DNA of 64,000 nt, taken from NCBI GenBank assembly GCA_947084965.1, contig CAMTUG010000003.1:360-64359 (forward strand). Reading direction: 5' to 3'. Below are positions 18,004 through 27,106 of the stretch, one piece after another. This DNA is from an uncultured Parcubacteria group bacterium. GTDB lineage: Bacteria > Patescibacteriota > Patescibacteriia > UBA9934 > CAMTUG01. A model generated the notes under the pieces. It made no database searches. It was given only the letters and a program-made list of their open reading frames with translations, and was not told where the DNA came from. The position numbers were made by a program, and so were the translations under genes. The stretch's first letter is position 1, and each line of letters begins with the position of its first letter.

Positions 18004-19241
18004 TCTTTCCTATCCTCCTCGGCCTCGTCGCCTTCCTCTTTGCCTACATCGCCTTTAACGACTTGCGCCAGGCGATCATCCTCCTTCTCGGCCTCCTCCC
18101 CACCTACCTCATCCGTTTTTCTATCGGCCCATTCCCGACGACCCTCCTGGAAGTACTCCTCCTTATTCTGATTCTCGTTTGGGTCGTTCGATTTCACGGC
18201 ATCCCTGCGGCCACAACCCTCCACGGACACTGGATCTGGGCGATCCTGCTCCTCATCGCCGCCGCATCGATCGGCGTGAGCGTAGCCCCAGACACCATGG
18301 CCGCACTCGGAATCTGGAAGGCGTACATCATCGAACCGATCCTCCTCTTCCTTATCATTCGAACGACGATTAAAACAAAAACAGATATCGAGTGGGTCTT
18401 TATTGCTCTCGGGATCAGCGCAATCGTTGTCTCTATTTTTGCGATCATCCAATTCCTGACCGGCATCGGCCTCCCGATCCCCTGGGACATCGAACGCCGC
18501 GTCACCAGTTTCTATGATTTCCCAAATGCGGTCGGGTTATTCTTGGGGCCTGTTGTGACGATCGGGCTCGTGCACCTATTTCGTCCAGTCAAAGAAATCA
18601 CGTTCTCTGCCACAGGCCAGCGCTGGTTCTGGGGATTGGTCTCTGCCCTCGGGCTCGTAACGGTCATCCTCGCCAAAACCGAAGCGGCACTCGTTGCGAT
18701 CCCAGCGGCGATCCTGCTCGTTTCCTTCTTATGCAAATCGACACGCAAGTTCACGATCCCGTTCGCGATCCTCCTGGCGATCGTCGCCTTCGCGATCACT
18801 CCGGTCAAAGAAAAACTCCTCCTAGAAGACTACTCTGGCGGCATCCGCCTTTCCCAGTGGCGCGAAACGGCTGAGCTCCTCAAAGACCACGCGCTCTTCG
18901 GCACTGGCCTCTCGGGGTATCCAACAGCTCTCGCTCCGTACCACCAAGACACTTGGATCGAGATCTTCCAATACCCGCACAACATCTTCTTAAACATCTG
19001 GGTAGAATTAGGCCTCCTCGGCCTCGTTGCTTTTGTCCTCCTGGCAATCACCGTCCTGCGCAACTTCCTCCAAAACCGCAATGACCCAACGACGATCATC
19101 GCCTTCACCGCCCTCCTCGAAATGCTGATCCACGGCTTGGTCGACGTCCCCTACTTTAAAAACGACCTGGCCGTTCTAACCTGGGCACTCCTCGCCATCC
19201 TCTCCCTTTCCTCGGTTAAGATTGAACGGAAAAACCCCTAA
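18000..19241 (+). CDS. O-antigen ligase (Wzy_C)-family membrane protein
   Basis: Multi-TM protein with the periplasmic loop motif YPHNIFLNIWVELGLLGL. Confidence 0.6.
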   Translation: MIFPILLGLVAFLFAYIAFNDLRQAIILLLGLLPTYLIRFSIGPFPTTLLEVLLLILILVWVVRFHGIPAATTLHGHWIWAILLLIAAASIGVSVAPDTMAALGIWKAYIIEPILLFLIIRTTIKTKTDIEWVFIALGISAIVVSIFAIIQFLTGIGLPIPWDIERRVTSFYDFPNAVGLFLGPVVTIGLVHLFRPVKEITFSATGQRWFWGLVSALGLVTVILAKTEAALVAIPAAILLVSFLCKSTRKFTIPFAILLAIVAFAITPVKEKLLLEDYSGGIRLSQWRETAELLKDHALFGTGLSGYPTALAPYHQDTWIEIFQYPHNIFLNIWVELGLLGLVAFVLLAITVLRNFLQNRNDPTTIIAFTALLEMLIHGLVDVPYFKNDLAVLTWALLAILSLSSVKIERKNP

Positions 19242-19250
19242 TATGAATGA

Positions 19251-19280
19251 AAAAAACCGAGCGCTTGCTCGGTTTTTTTC
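19251..19280. terminator. bidirectional rho-independent terminator
   Basis: aaaaaaccgagcg-cttg-ctcggttttttt. Confidence 0.75.
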
Positions 19281-19281
19281 A

Positions 19282-19371
19282 TGGCGGAGAGGGAGGGATT
19301 CGAACCCTCGATACCCTTGCGGGTATGCGGCTTTTCGAGAGCCGTCGTTTCGACCACTCACGCACCTCTCC
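19282..19371 (-). tRNA. tRNA-Ser (anticodon CGA), CCA encoded
   Basis: Minus strand: ggagagg acceptor, anticodon loop ctcgaaa, long variable arm, T-arm gagggttcgaatccctc, then cctctcc-g-cca. Confidence 0.75.
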
Positions 19372-20359
19372 TTGTTGTGACGAAATTATTATAACGACAG
19401 ATATGCTTTGGATTATCTGACCCTATTTCGTCGAAGAACTTTTTCACATCTTGCTGTCGCCTCAGAAACACGGAATGTTGTGTCACCTTGTATGAAGGCT
19501 TGAACCCTAATCGTCGAAGCGTAGTAAAGATATCTTGAAGGAACTCCGGCGCATGACTAGTAATCGTCAGCCCGATGTGCGCGTAAAGTTTATGCTTTAT
19601 TTGGTGTTTGTCAAGGAACACGCAACCGTCCGTATCGAATAGTCCTCGAAGGAACGCCCGCTCGAATGACGGCTTGGCGTGAACCCATTCTGGAATACAT
19701 AATCCGTTATCGATCTTCTTTCCTTTTGGAACCCCGAGAGTACGGAGATGCTCAACCATCTGTTTTGAAGAAAACAAAACGAGTGTTGATTTCTCGCCTG
19801 AACGCGATCTGACGGATGCCTTAACCGAAAACAACTCCTCTCCAAGTTCTGCAACAAACTTGGCATGGTCTCCGTCCGTTTCAGAGTTTGTGACCATGAG
19901 AACTTGGTACCTAGCCAGATGACCGTCACCCGCAATAATTCCGACAAACTCTGCCAAGGCCTCGTTCTTCATGGGCATTGAGACTTGTTTCTTCAACCTA
20001 AACCCAGTTTTCAAATTTCGTTGAGCCGCAACCGATTGTAATCCGCCCTTTCGCCGACCTTCCGGAGTACCAAGATCACCATACAATTCCGCCCGGCGTT
20101 GTGCGCCCTTCCTGGCCGCGCCCTGAATATGCCAATAGTCATCAAGATACGTTGGTTGAAATGATTCTGGCTTTTTGTTGACTATAGCAGCAAGCACACG
20201 GAACGCTTCTTCTGAAATCAGATACTTACCTCGCTTCCAATCGCGCATCGTTCGTTCACACACGCCAGCCAACTCACTGAGTTGATGGCAATTAAAACCA
20301 CGCTCCTTCAACTTTCGAAACAGCTCTGTTCGCAAGGTGTCTGATAGTTTGATGCGCAT
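19358..20359 (-). CDS. LAGLIDADG homing endonuclease with N-terminal helix-turn-helix domain
   Basis: Motifs LAEFVGIIAGDGHL and FLRGLFDTDGCV, with an N-terminal HTH (LSELAGVCERTMRDW). The last 4 codons and the TGA stop lie inside the tRNA-Ser 5' end. Confidence 0.8.
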   Translation of the reverse strand: MRIKLSDTLRTELFRKLKERGFNCHQLSELAGVCERTMRDWKRGKYLISEEAFRVLAAIVNKKPESFQPTYLDDYWHIQGAARKGAQRRAELYGDLGTPEGRRKGGLQSVAAQRNLKTGFRLKKQVSMPMKNEALAEFVGIIAGDGHLARYQVLMVTNSETDGDHAKFVAELGEELFSVKASVRSRSGEKSTLVLFSSKQMVEHLRTLGVPKGKKIDNGLCIPEWVHAKPSFERAFLRGLFDTDGCVFLDKHQIKHKLYAHIGLTITSHAPEFLQDIFTTLRRLGFKPSYKVTQHSVFLRRQQDVKKFFDEIGSDNPKHICRYNNFVTTRRGA

Positions 20360-20373
20360 GATACAAATGTATC
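20360..20373. promoter_or_regulatory. perfect 14-bp palindrome GATACAAATGTATC abutting the endonuclease start codon (candidate operator)
   Basis: Read directly; immediately 5' of the ATG at 20359. Confidence 0.4.
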
Positions 20374-20541
20374 ATTTCGTAGCAGTCCTAACTATCTACT
20401 ATGCCACCTCTCCGTATATACAAAACGATGTCATGATATACTTTTATTATTACATCTAACCCACACATGTATGGCCAAGGGAAACAATGCCCAGAGCAAG
20501 AACAAGAATAAGAAGAAGCCGAAGCAGAACAAAAAGAAGTA

Positions 20542-20793
20542 ATGGCTTCTTGGACTGTCTACATTCTGAAGTGCGGCGACGGATCGCTCTACACCGGGAT
20601 CACTAACGATCTCGAGAAGCGAATCGAAAAACATAACGCTGGCACCGGCGCCAAGTACACGCGGTCGCGATTGCCCGTCCGCCTCGCCTGGTCCGAATCG
20701 GTCGAGAGCGAAAGCGCAGCCAAAGTGCGGGAGGCGCAGATCAAACGTCTGCCGCGGAACAAAAAATTATCCCTGGTAAAAGCGGCCCCTTAG
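20542..20793 (+). CDS. GIY-YIG nuclease-domain protein (YhbQ/UPF0213-like)
   Basis: WTVYILKCGDGSLYTGITNDLEKRIEKHN. Confidence 0.7.
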   Translation: MASWTVYILKCGDGSLYTGITNDLEKRIEKHNAGTGAKYTRSRLPVRLAWSESVESESAAKVREAQIKRLPRNKKLSLVKAAP

Positions 20794-20839
20794 GCCGTTT
20801 TTACTTTTCACATTATTTTCAGTAAGGTGAACGCACTCT

Positions 20840-21757
20840 ATGCATATCGTCACCGCAGGAAAAGCCTTTAATGATATTGATGCGTTCGGGTGTGCGATTG
20901 CCTACGCCGAGTTGTTGCGATTGGAAGGAAAGGATGCGAAGGCAGTGTTTGTAGGGCCGCTCAATCATTCGGTCACTCCGCTCGCGCTCGAACAGCCGGT
21001 CGAATACCTCACGAAATACGCGTTAAAACCCGAAGACCGCATCGTCTATGTCGACCTCTCAGGCCCGGACCATCTCGCCTTCCCGGACACGGAGGATCAG
21101 ATCGACGAACTGTACGACCATCACTACGGGCACGAGGGGTATTGGAATGAACGCCTGGGTGATCGATCCCACATTGAACGTGTCGGCGCGGCCGGGACGC
21201 TTATTTGGGAAGAGTTTGTGAAGCGCGGGTTCGCCGATAAGATCTCCGCGCCGAGTGCCAACGTGTTGCTCCTCGCGATCCTTCAAAACACCCTCAACTT
21301 TACCTCGACAGAAACAGTCGATCGCGATCGAGTGGCATTCGACGAACTTTTGAAGCACAGCGACCTCCCTTCCGGCTGGCAGGAACGATACTTTGCGGAG
21401 TCAGCAGCAGCGATGGAGCATGACTTCCGCGATGTCCTCGTAAACGACACCAAGATTCTCACTAACTTCTTCGACGATCAGCAGTTTGTCTTCTCCCAAC
21501 TCGAAATCACCGAGAGTCCGCGTGCATTTCTTAATCGTCACAAAGAGCAGATCAACACTTTCTGGAACACACTCCAAAATAGACGCTGTCTAATCAACAT
21601 CGCGGACATAGCCTCGAAAAAGTCTTTGCTGTACTCTGATGATAAGAGATGGCTCGAGACAACAATCAAACCACTGTTTTCTGAAGCACGCGACGAAGCA
21701 GACGCGATCATGATCCCCATCCACCAACGCAAACAGATCTTAAAACTCATGCACTAA
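20840..21757 (+). CDS. DHH-family phosphoesterase (NrnA-like)
   Basis: N-terminal H..NDIDAFGCA and a DHH motif at LYDHHYGH. I did not see a clear DHHA1 GGGH motif. Confidence 0.5.
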   Translation: MHIVTAGKAFNDIDAFGCAIAYAELLRLEGKDAKAVFVGPLNHSVTPLALEQPVEYLTKYALKPEDRIVYVDLSGPDHLAFPDTEDQIDELYDHHYGHEGYWNERLGDRSHIERVGAAGTLIWEEFVKRGFADKISAPSANVLLLAILQNTLNFTSTETVDRDRVAFDELLKHSDLPSGWQERYFAESAAAMEHDFRDVLVNDTKILTNFFDDQQFVFSQLEITESPRAFLNRHKEQINTFWNTLQNRRCLINIADIASKKSLLYSDDKRWLETTIKPLFSEARDEADAIMIPIHQRKQILKLMH

Positions 21758-21759
21758 CT

Positions 21760-22197
21760 ATGGCTCGTGTCAGCACCTACCTCAACTTCCCGCGAACGAC
21801 CGAAGAAGCATTCACCTTTTATAAGTCCGTCTTTGGCGGCGAGTTCCAAGGCGGAATCCACCGCATGGGTGAAGTGCCACATCAGGAAGGGACGCCGGAT
21901 ATGGCCGAGGCAGATAAGAATCTCGTGATGCATATCGCCCTCCCCCTCCTTGGTGATCACGTGCTCATGGGCACGGACGCACCAGAGTCGATGGGGTTCA
22001 ACGTGAAGTTTGGTAACAACATCTACATCAACCTCGAACCAGACACCCGTACGGAAACAAAGCGTCTCTTTGACGGCTTGTCCGCGGGCGGAAAAGTGGA
22101 GATGGCGCTTCAAGAGATGTTTTGGGGCGACTACTTTGGCTCCTGCACGGACAAGTTCGGCGTCCAATGGATGTTCAACTGCGCAAGTAAGGAATAG
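21760..22197 (+). CDS. VOC/glyoxalase-fold protein, PhnB-like
   Basis: YLNFPRTTEEAFTFYKSVFGGE...MHIALPL...FWGDYFGSCTDKFGVQWM. Confidence 0.7.
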   Translation: MARVSTYLNFPRTTEEAFTFYKSVFGGEFQGGIHRMGEVPHQEGTPDMAEADKNLVMHIALPLLGDHVLMGTDAPESMGFNVKFGNNIYINLEPDTRTETKRLFDGLSAGGKVEMALQEMFWGDYFGSCTDKFGVQWMFNCASKE

Positions 22198-22282
22198 AAA
22201 AGGGGAAAACTGGGCTAGGACACCCAGTTTTTCTGTTGTATACTGTGAGAAATTCAATAGGGCGCTGTGGCTCTGTTCTCCT

Positions 22283-23146
22283 ATGCAAATCCGTAAAGTT
22301 GTCATTCCGGTCGCCGGGTACGGGACGCGTTTTTTGCCGGTCACCAAAGCGATGCCGAAAGAGATGTTGCCGATCATCGATAAGCCGGTGATTCAGTACG
22401 TGGTTGAAGAGGCGGTCGCTTCTGGAATCACCGACATTATTCTCGTGACCGGTGCGTCCAAACGGGCGGTTGAAGATCACTTCGACTACAACTACGACTT
22501 GCAGAATTGGCTCAAAAAGCAAGGCAAGCACGAACTGCGCGAGCGGATTAAGTACATCGCCGACATGGCCAACTTTACCTACATCCGCCAAAAAGGTCCG
22601 TACGGCAACGGCACGCCAGTTTTGAACGCCGAACATGTGATCGGTGACGAGCCATTTGCTGTTGTCTGGGGCGATGAATTCTTCTCAAGCAAAACTCCGC
22701 GCCTCAAGCAGTTGATCGACGTTTGGGACAAATACCAGGATCCGGTTTTGACCGGGATGAAGGTCGATAGAGCGGGATTGGATCGCTTTGGGATCGTGAG
22801 CCCGGTCGCTGAAGTTGAAAAAGGCGTTCTGCAAGTCGACGGGATTGTAGAAAAACCGGGGGCCAAAGATGCTCCATCCAACATCGCCGCACTCGGTGGA
22901 TACATTCTCCCTCCAGAAATTTTCGGTGCTCTGAAAAAAACAAAACGCGGCAAAAGCGGCGAAATCTGGCTGGCAGACGCCATCAGCAAACTGACCAAAA
23001 ACCGCCCGATGTACTGCAAGATCGTCGAAGGCGAATACCGCGACACCGGCACCAAGGAAGCCTGGCTCAAAACGAACATCGCCTTGGCTCTCGAAGACAA
23101 GGCCCTCGGACCAGACCTCAGAAAGTACATTAAGACCCTTCTCTAA
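22283..23146 (+). CDS. galU: UTP--glucose-1-phosphate uridylyltransferase
   Basis: MQIRKVVIPVAGYGTRFLPVTKAMPKEMLPIIDKP. The ORF is open upstream, but the conserved N-terminus begins at 22283. Confidence 0.85.
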   Translation: MQIRKVVIPVAGYGTRFLPVTKAMPKEMLPIIDKPVIQYVVEEAVASGITDIILVTGASKRAVEDHFDYNYDLQNWLKKQGKHELRERIKYIADMANFTYIRQKGPYGNGTPVLNAEHVIGDEPFAVVWGDEFFSSKTPRLKQLIDVWDKYQDPVLTGMKVDRAGLDRFGIVSPVAEVEKGVLQVDGIVEKPGAKDAPSNIAALGGYILPPEIFGALKKTKRGKSGEIWLADAISKLTKNRPMYCKIVEGEYRDTGTKEAWLKTNIALALEDKALGPDLRKYIKTLL

Positions 23147-23149
23147 CGT

Positions 23150-24523
23150 ATGCGCCGACTTCTCCCCATCATTCTTCTTACTCTCACCTTAACTGGCCTT
23201 GGCTGTGGCGATGCCGATCAGGCGATCAACACCCCGGTGGCGCTTGAAATTTGGGGCGTGTTCGATAGCGAGCGCAACTACCGCGAAGTCATCGAGGCGT
23301 ATCGTCTCTTGCACCCGAACGTTTCGATTAATTTCCGCCAATTCCGCGCTGAGGAATATGAAACAGAACTTGTGCGCGCTTTGGCCGAAGGGTCCGGCCC
23401 AGACATCTTCCTCGTCCATAACGACTCGATGCGCGAATTTCAGTCTCTCATGATGCCAATGCCAAAAACGCTCACCATCGCCTACCAAGAGGTGCGCGGC
23501 ACGATCAAAAAAGAGATCGTCAACGTGTTGCGCACGGAGCAGACGATTAGTATGCGTTCTTTTGCCGACAAATTTGTCGATGTGGTGGAAGACGACGCTA
23601 TCCTCCCCTACCAGCCCGACCCGAAAGTCGCTCCTGAGGATCGCATCTACGGGCTTCCAACCGGACTCGACACTCTCGCTCTCTACTGGAACAAAGATCT
23701 GCTGAATGCCGCTGGCATCGCCGCCGCACCAACGACCTGGACGGAATTTCAAGAGGCGGTTACGTTGTTGACCAAAATCGACACCGCCGGGACGATCACC
23801 AATTCAGGAGCTGGCATCGGAACGAGTGCGAATGTGGAACGCGCGGTCGACATTCTGGCGCTCCTGATGATGCAAAACGGGACGGTCATGACTGACGAAC
23901 GCGGCCGAGCCACCTTCCACGAAATTCCAGAAGGGCTCTCGCGCAATGAACTCCCCGGCCTTGACGCCACGCGCTTCTACACCGATTTTGCCAATCCGAC
24001 CAAAGCGGTTTACACCTGGAACGCGAGCCGTCCAAATTCTTTCGACGCCTTTGCGAATGGCAGCTCGGCGATGTACTTCGGCTACGCCTATAGTCTCCCG
24101 CTGATTCGCACCGCCGCACCAAAACTCAACTTTAATATCAGTGAAATGCCCCAAATCGAAGGGGGCCGCGAGGTCAATTTCGCCAATTACTGGTTGATGG
24201 CTGTTTCCAAAGACTCCGCCGATTATAACTACGCCTGGGACTTCATTCAGTTCCTCACAACCGAAGAAGAACAGAACGCCAAGTACTTGGGTGCGGCCGG
24301 AAAACCACCGGCCCTGCGCGGCCTGATCGCTTCGCAACTTGAAGACGAAGAGCTCGCGCCGTTTGCTGCACAAGTATTAACGGCTGAATCGTGGTATCGT
24401 GGTAAGGATGCAACCGCGGCAGAGTCAGCCCTGCTCCAGTTGATCGACGCCATTCTCGCCGGGACGATCGATCCAGGCGATGCGATTGATCAAGCCGCAA
24501 GCAAAGTCAATCAAACGTTATGA
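23150..24523 (+). CDS. extracellular solute-binding protein (family 1) lipoprotein
   Basis: Lipobox LTGLGCG and an SBP_bac_1-like length and profile. No cognate permease or ATPase lies adjacent. Confidence 0.6.
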   Translation: MRRLLPIILLTLTLTGLGCGDADQAINTPVALEIWGVFDSERNYREVIEAYRLLHPNVSINFRQFRAEEYETELVRALAEGSGPDIFLVHNDSMREFQSLMMPMPKTLTIAYQEVRGTIKKEIVNVLRTEQTISMRSFADKFVDVVEDDAILPYQPDPKVAPEDRIYGLPTGLDTLALYWNKDLLNAAGIAAAPTTWTEFQEAVTLLTKIDTAGTITNSGAGIGTSANVERAVDILALLMMQNGTVMTDERGRATFHEIPEGLSRNELPGLDATRFYTDFANPTKAVYTWNASRPNSFDAFANGSSAMYFGYAYSLPLIRTAAPKLNFNISEMPQIEGGREVNFANYWLMAVSKDSADYNYAWDFIQFLTTEEEQNAKYLGAAGKPPALRGLIASQLEDEELAPFAAQVLTAESWYRGKDATAAESALLQLIDAILAGTIDPGDAIDQAASKVNQTL

Positions 24524-25146
24524 TCGGAGGAAATTGGAAAGCGGTAAGTGGTAAGTGGAAACGACCTGTCATGATTGGCGTCTCCGCTTTCTTCTTACTG
24601 CTTACTACTTTCCAGGCCCAACCGGCTAAAGCCGATTCCCCCGAAACATACTACGACCAGATCCAACGCTACGGGATCGTCTTTGCTGGGATCTGTACCG
24701 GAGACGACTGTGCCTGCCGCGATCAAGGCAACTGCACCCTCGAAGATGTGTTGCAGGTGTTCGTTAACATCAGCAACTTCATTCTGTCGATCAGCGGGTC
24801 GCTTGTACTCCTCTTCTTTGTCTATGGCGGGTTCATGTTCCTCACCTCCCAAGGGAGCCAGGAAAAAATTCAGACCGGGATGGGGTCGATGAAAGGGGCG
24901 GTCATTGGACTGCTGATCATCTTTGGGGCCTTTGCCGCAATCAACTTCCTGACCGGCGTGCTGCGCGGAGGGACGTATAGTCAAACAAACTACTGCGAAC
25001 TCGTCGCCCCGCCGGACGGCAAAGCCGGACTCGGTTGGGCCTGTCTCGATCTCGATAACCTCGACGAGGATCTCTACACCTGCGAAAGCGGACTCTGCCC
25101 CGGCCCCGCGACTCAAGTCTGCTGTATCGCCACAGAAACTGAATAA
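24520..25146 (+). CDS. pilin-like small secreted protein, paralog 1 (two-TM hairpin core plus Cys-rich C-terminal extension)
   Basis: Signal-anchor, then the core LVLLFFVYGGFMFLTSQGSQEKIQTGMGSMKGAVIGLLIIFGAFAAINF, then a tail with 7 Cys. Its start overlaps the SBP gene stop by 4 nt. Confidence 0.6.
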   Translation: MIGGNWKAVSGKWKRPVMIGVSAFFLLLTTFQAQPAKADSPETYYDQIQRYGIVFAGICTGDDCACRDQGNCTLEDVLQVFVNISNFILSISGSLVLLFFVYGGFMFLTSQGSQEKIQTGMGSMKGAVIGLLIIFGAFAAINFLTGVLRGGTYSQTNYCELVAPPDGKAGLGWACLDLDNLDEDLYTCESGLCPGPATQVCCIATETE

Positions 25147-25149
25147 TCT

Positions 25150-25488
25150 ATGCGCCAACTTTTTTTCCTTACCGTTGCCTCTGCCCTTACCTTGCCGTCT
25201 GCGGCCCTCGCCCAAGACGGCGTCACCCTCGTGAATCCCCTCGCCACGACCGACATTCGTGACATTATCGGGATCGTTATCAAGGCTGCGCTCGGCTTGT
25301 CCGGCTCGATCGCCCTCGTCATGTTTATCTGGGGTGGATTTCTTTGGTTGACGTCGCAAGGAAATACTGAGAAAATTGATGCAGGAAGAAAAACGATGAC
25401 CTGGGCCGCAATCGGATTGGTCGTTCTTTTCTCGGCGTACACGATCGTCAACGCTGTCTTCGAAGCTGCCACCGCGGCTGCCGGATAA
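25150..25488 (+). CDS. pilin-like small secreted 2-TM protein, paralog 2
   Basis: Signal peptide, then ...ALVMFIWGGFLWLTSQGNTEKIDAGRKTMTWAAIGLVVLFSAYTIVNAVF. Confidence 0.65.
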   Translation: MRQLFFLTVASALTLPSAALAQDGVTLVNPLATTDIRDIIGIVIKAALGLSGSIALVMFIWGGFLWLTSQGNTEKIDAGRKTMTWAAIGLVVLFSAYTIVNAVFEAATAAAG

Positions 25489-25513
25489 TTCAAAAAATAA
25501 CTTTAACCAAACT

Positions 25514-25918
25514 ATGACTTACGCACGTGCTCTGCGATTTGGCGTCGGGATCGTCCTCGCCTTCGCCGCCGCCTTCGCTACGATTGGGCTCACGTTACCG
25601 GCCCAGGCCCAGGACGAACTGACTACCGATGATCTCCTTCCAGAAGAATTTGGTAGCGCGACCGGTCTCGGACAGGGTGACCTGAACGAAACGATCGGGG
25701 CGATCATTCGCGCCGCGCTCGGATTCCTCGGGGTGGTCGCGGTCTGTATCATCCTCTTCGGTGGCTTTAAGTGGATGACCGCCGGTGGAAACGAAGAGAA
25801 GGTCGACGAAGCGCGCAAGTTGATCATCGCCGGGATCATCGGTCTGGCGATCATCTTGTCTGCTTACGCTATCGCCTCGTTTGTTATCGATCAACTTGTT
25901 GGAGCAACAACGGGTTAA
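25514..25918 (+). CDS. pilin-like small secreted 2-TM protein, paralog 3
   Basis: ...VCIILFGGFKWMTAGGNEEKVDEARKLIIAGIIGLAIILSAYAIASFVI. Confidence 0.65.
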   Translation: MTYARALRFGVGIVLAFAAAFATIGLTLPAQAQDELTTDDLLPEEFGSATGLGQGDLNETIGAIIRAALGFLGVVAVCIILFGGFKWMTAGGNEEKVDEARKLIIAGIIGLAIILSAYAIASFVIDQLVGATTG

Positions 25919-25989
25919 CCAAAGATCTTTCCCCCGAGGCAACTCGGGGGATGACGTGAGCGGAACTCCAAGAGATCCATTCACGCCAT

Positions 25990-26328
25990 ATGAAACTTGC
26001 ACAAGGAATTGAAGTCGGTGACACCGGCCTCAGCGACACCGCTGGCGCAGCTGGATACGGGACCGCTGGCGATTTGAACGTCATTATCGGCGACATTATC
26101 CAAGTCGCCCTCGGATTCGTCGGCTTCATCTTCTTTGCCTACGTCCTCTACGGCGGATTCCTCTGGATGACCGCCCAAGGAAAGGAAGAGCAGGTACAAA
26201 CCGCGACCGGGATTCTAAAAAACGGGATCGTCGGGCTGATCATCATCAGCGCGTCCTACGCCATCGCTGATTACGTGGTGGGCGCGATCGCCGGCCTCGG
26301 GGCGACCACGGCAACACCAGCCGGATAA
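25990..26328 (+). CDS. pilin-like small secreted 2-TM protein, paralog 4
   Basis: ...FFAYVLYGGFLWMTAQGKEEQVQTATGILKNGIVGLIIISASYAIADYVV. Confidence 0.65.
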   Translation: MKLAQGIEVGDTGLSDTAGAAGYGTAGDLNVIIGDIIQVALGFVGFIFFAYVLYGGFLWMTAQGKEEQVQTATGILKNGIVGLIIISASYAIADYVVGAIAGLGATTATPAG

Positions 26329-26331
26329 CGT

Positions 26332-26694
26332 ATGAATATTCTTCTCGCACAAGCGGACATCGGCGGATTCCTCGACGACGTAGGTCCAGAAGCGGGCCTC
26401 GCTTCGGCCACTGGCGACCCGAACGTCGCCCTGCTTCCCCTAGTCGGTGACATCATCGCGATCGTCCTCGGTCTCCTCGGCGTCGTCTTCCTTCTTCTCA
26501 CCATCTATGCCGGGATCATCTGGATGACGGCTCAGGGAAATGAAGAGAAAGTGGAGAAAGCGATCGGGATTATGAAAACAGCAACGGTCGGACTGATCGT
26601 CACCCTCGCCGCCTACTCCATCGCCAACTTCGTCGTCAGCCGAGTCGGAGACGCGACCGGAACAGCCTCGACGACGACCGGTGGTTCACAATAA
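26332..26694 (+). CDS. pilin-like small secreted 2-TM protein, paralog 5
   Basis: ...LLLTIYAGIIWMTAQGNEEKVEKAIGIMKTATVGLIVTLAAYSIANFVV. Confidence 0.65.
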   Translation: MNILLAQADIGGFLDDVGPEAGLASATGDPNVALLPLVGDIIAIVLGLLGVVFLLLTIYAGIIWMTAQGNEEKVEKAIGIMKTATVGLIVTLAAYSIANFVVSRVGDATGTASTTTGGSQ

Positions 26695-26725
26695 ATCCAA
26701 TTATCATCAAAAATTAAACATCACT

Positions 26726-27091
26726 ATGATCAAATACGCGATTTACGGTGCGGCGATCCTCCTTCCGCTCGTCGGACACGCCCAAGGGGTTACGGGACTG
26801 GAAACGAACCTGGACACGCTCGGCGGTGAAGCCTACGGCACGAGCTCCCCAACCGACCTGTTGACCCTTATCGGTACGGTCATCAACGTTCTCCTCGGGC
26901 TGCTCGGTGTGATCTTCCTTCTTCTCACCATCTACGCCGGTTTCATCTGGATGACGGCACAAGGGAACGAAGAAAAGGTGGAGAAAGCGATCGGTATTTT
27001 GAAAACCGGTATCATCGGGATGATCGTCACGCTCGCCGCTTACTCCATCGCCAACTTCGTGGTGGGAGAAGTCTCGGACGCGACCGCGTAA
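26726..27091 (+). CDS. pilin-like small secreted 2-TM protein, paralog 6
   Basis: MIKYAIYGAAILLPLVGHAQG signal peptide, then ...LLLTIYAGFIWMTAQGNEEKVEKAIGILKTGIIGMIVTLAAYSIANFVV. This is the closest copy of paralog 5. Confidence 0.65.
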   Translation: MIKYAIYGAAILLPLVGHAQGVTGLETNLDTLGGEAYGTSSPTDLLTLIGTVINVLLGLLGVIFLLLTIYAGFIWMTAQGNEEKVEKAIGILKTGIIGMIVTLAAYSIANFVVGEVSDATA

Positions 27092-27106
27092 TCAGACAAA
27101 ATGTTG

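Noticed and set aside
16918-18452. Several minus-strand ORFs (16944..17249, 17131..17643, 17925..18452) rich in D/E/R.
   Set aside because: They are antisense to the flippase and O-antigen-ligase genes and show charged low-complexity products typical of shadow ORFs.
22010-22282. N-terminal extension of the galU ORF (track start 22010, overlapping the PhnB-like gene end).
   Set aside because: The conserved GalU N-terminus (MQIRKVVIPVAGYGTRF) starts at 22283. The upstream 91 codons overlap the preceding gene and are non-conserved and low-complexity.
22175-24373. Minus-strand ORFs antisense to galU and the solute-binding protein gene (22175..22636, 22579..23130, 23189..23752, 23804..24373).
   Set aside because: They lie opposite well-supported genes and have no motifs. 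Long shadow ORFs are expected at this GC level.
24595-25359. 254-aa minus-strand ORF across pilin-like paralogs 1 and 2.
   Set aside because: It is antisense to two genes with signal peptides and a conserved core. Its product is basic low-complexity sequence (RRGRGKGRGNGKEKK).
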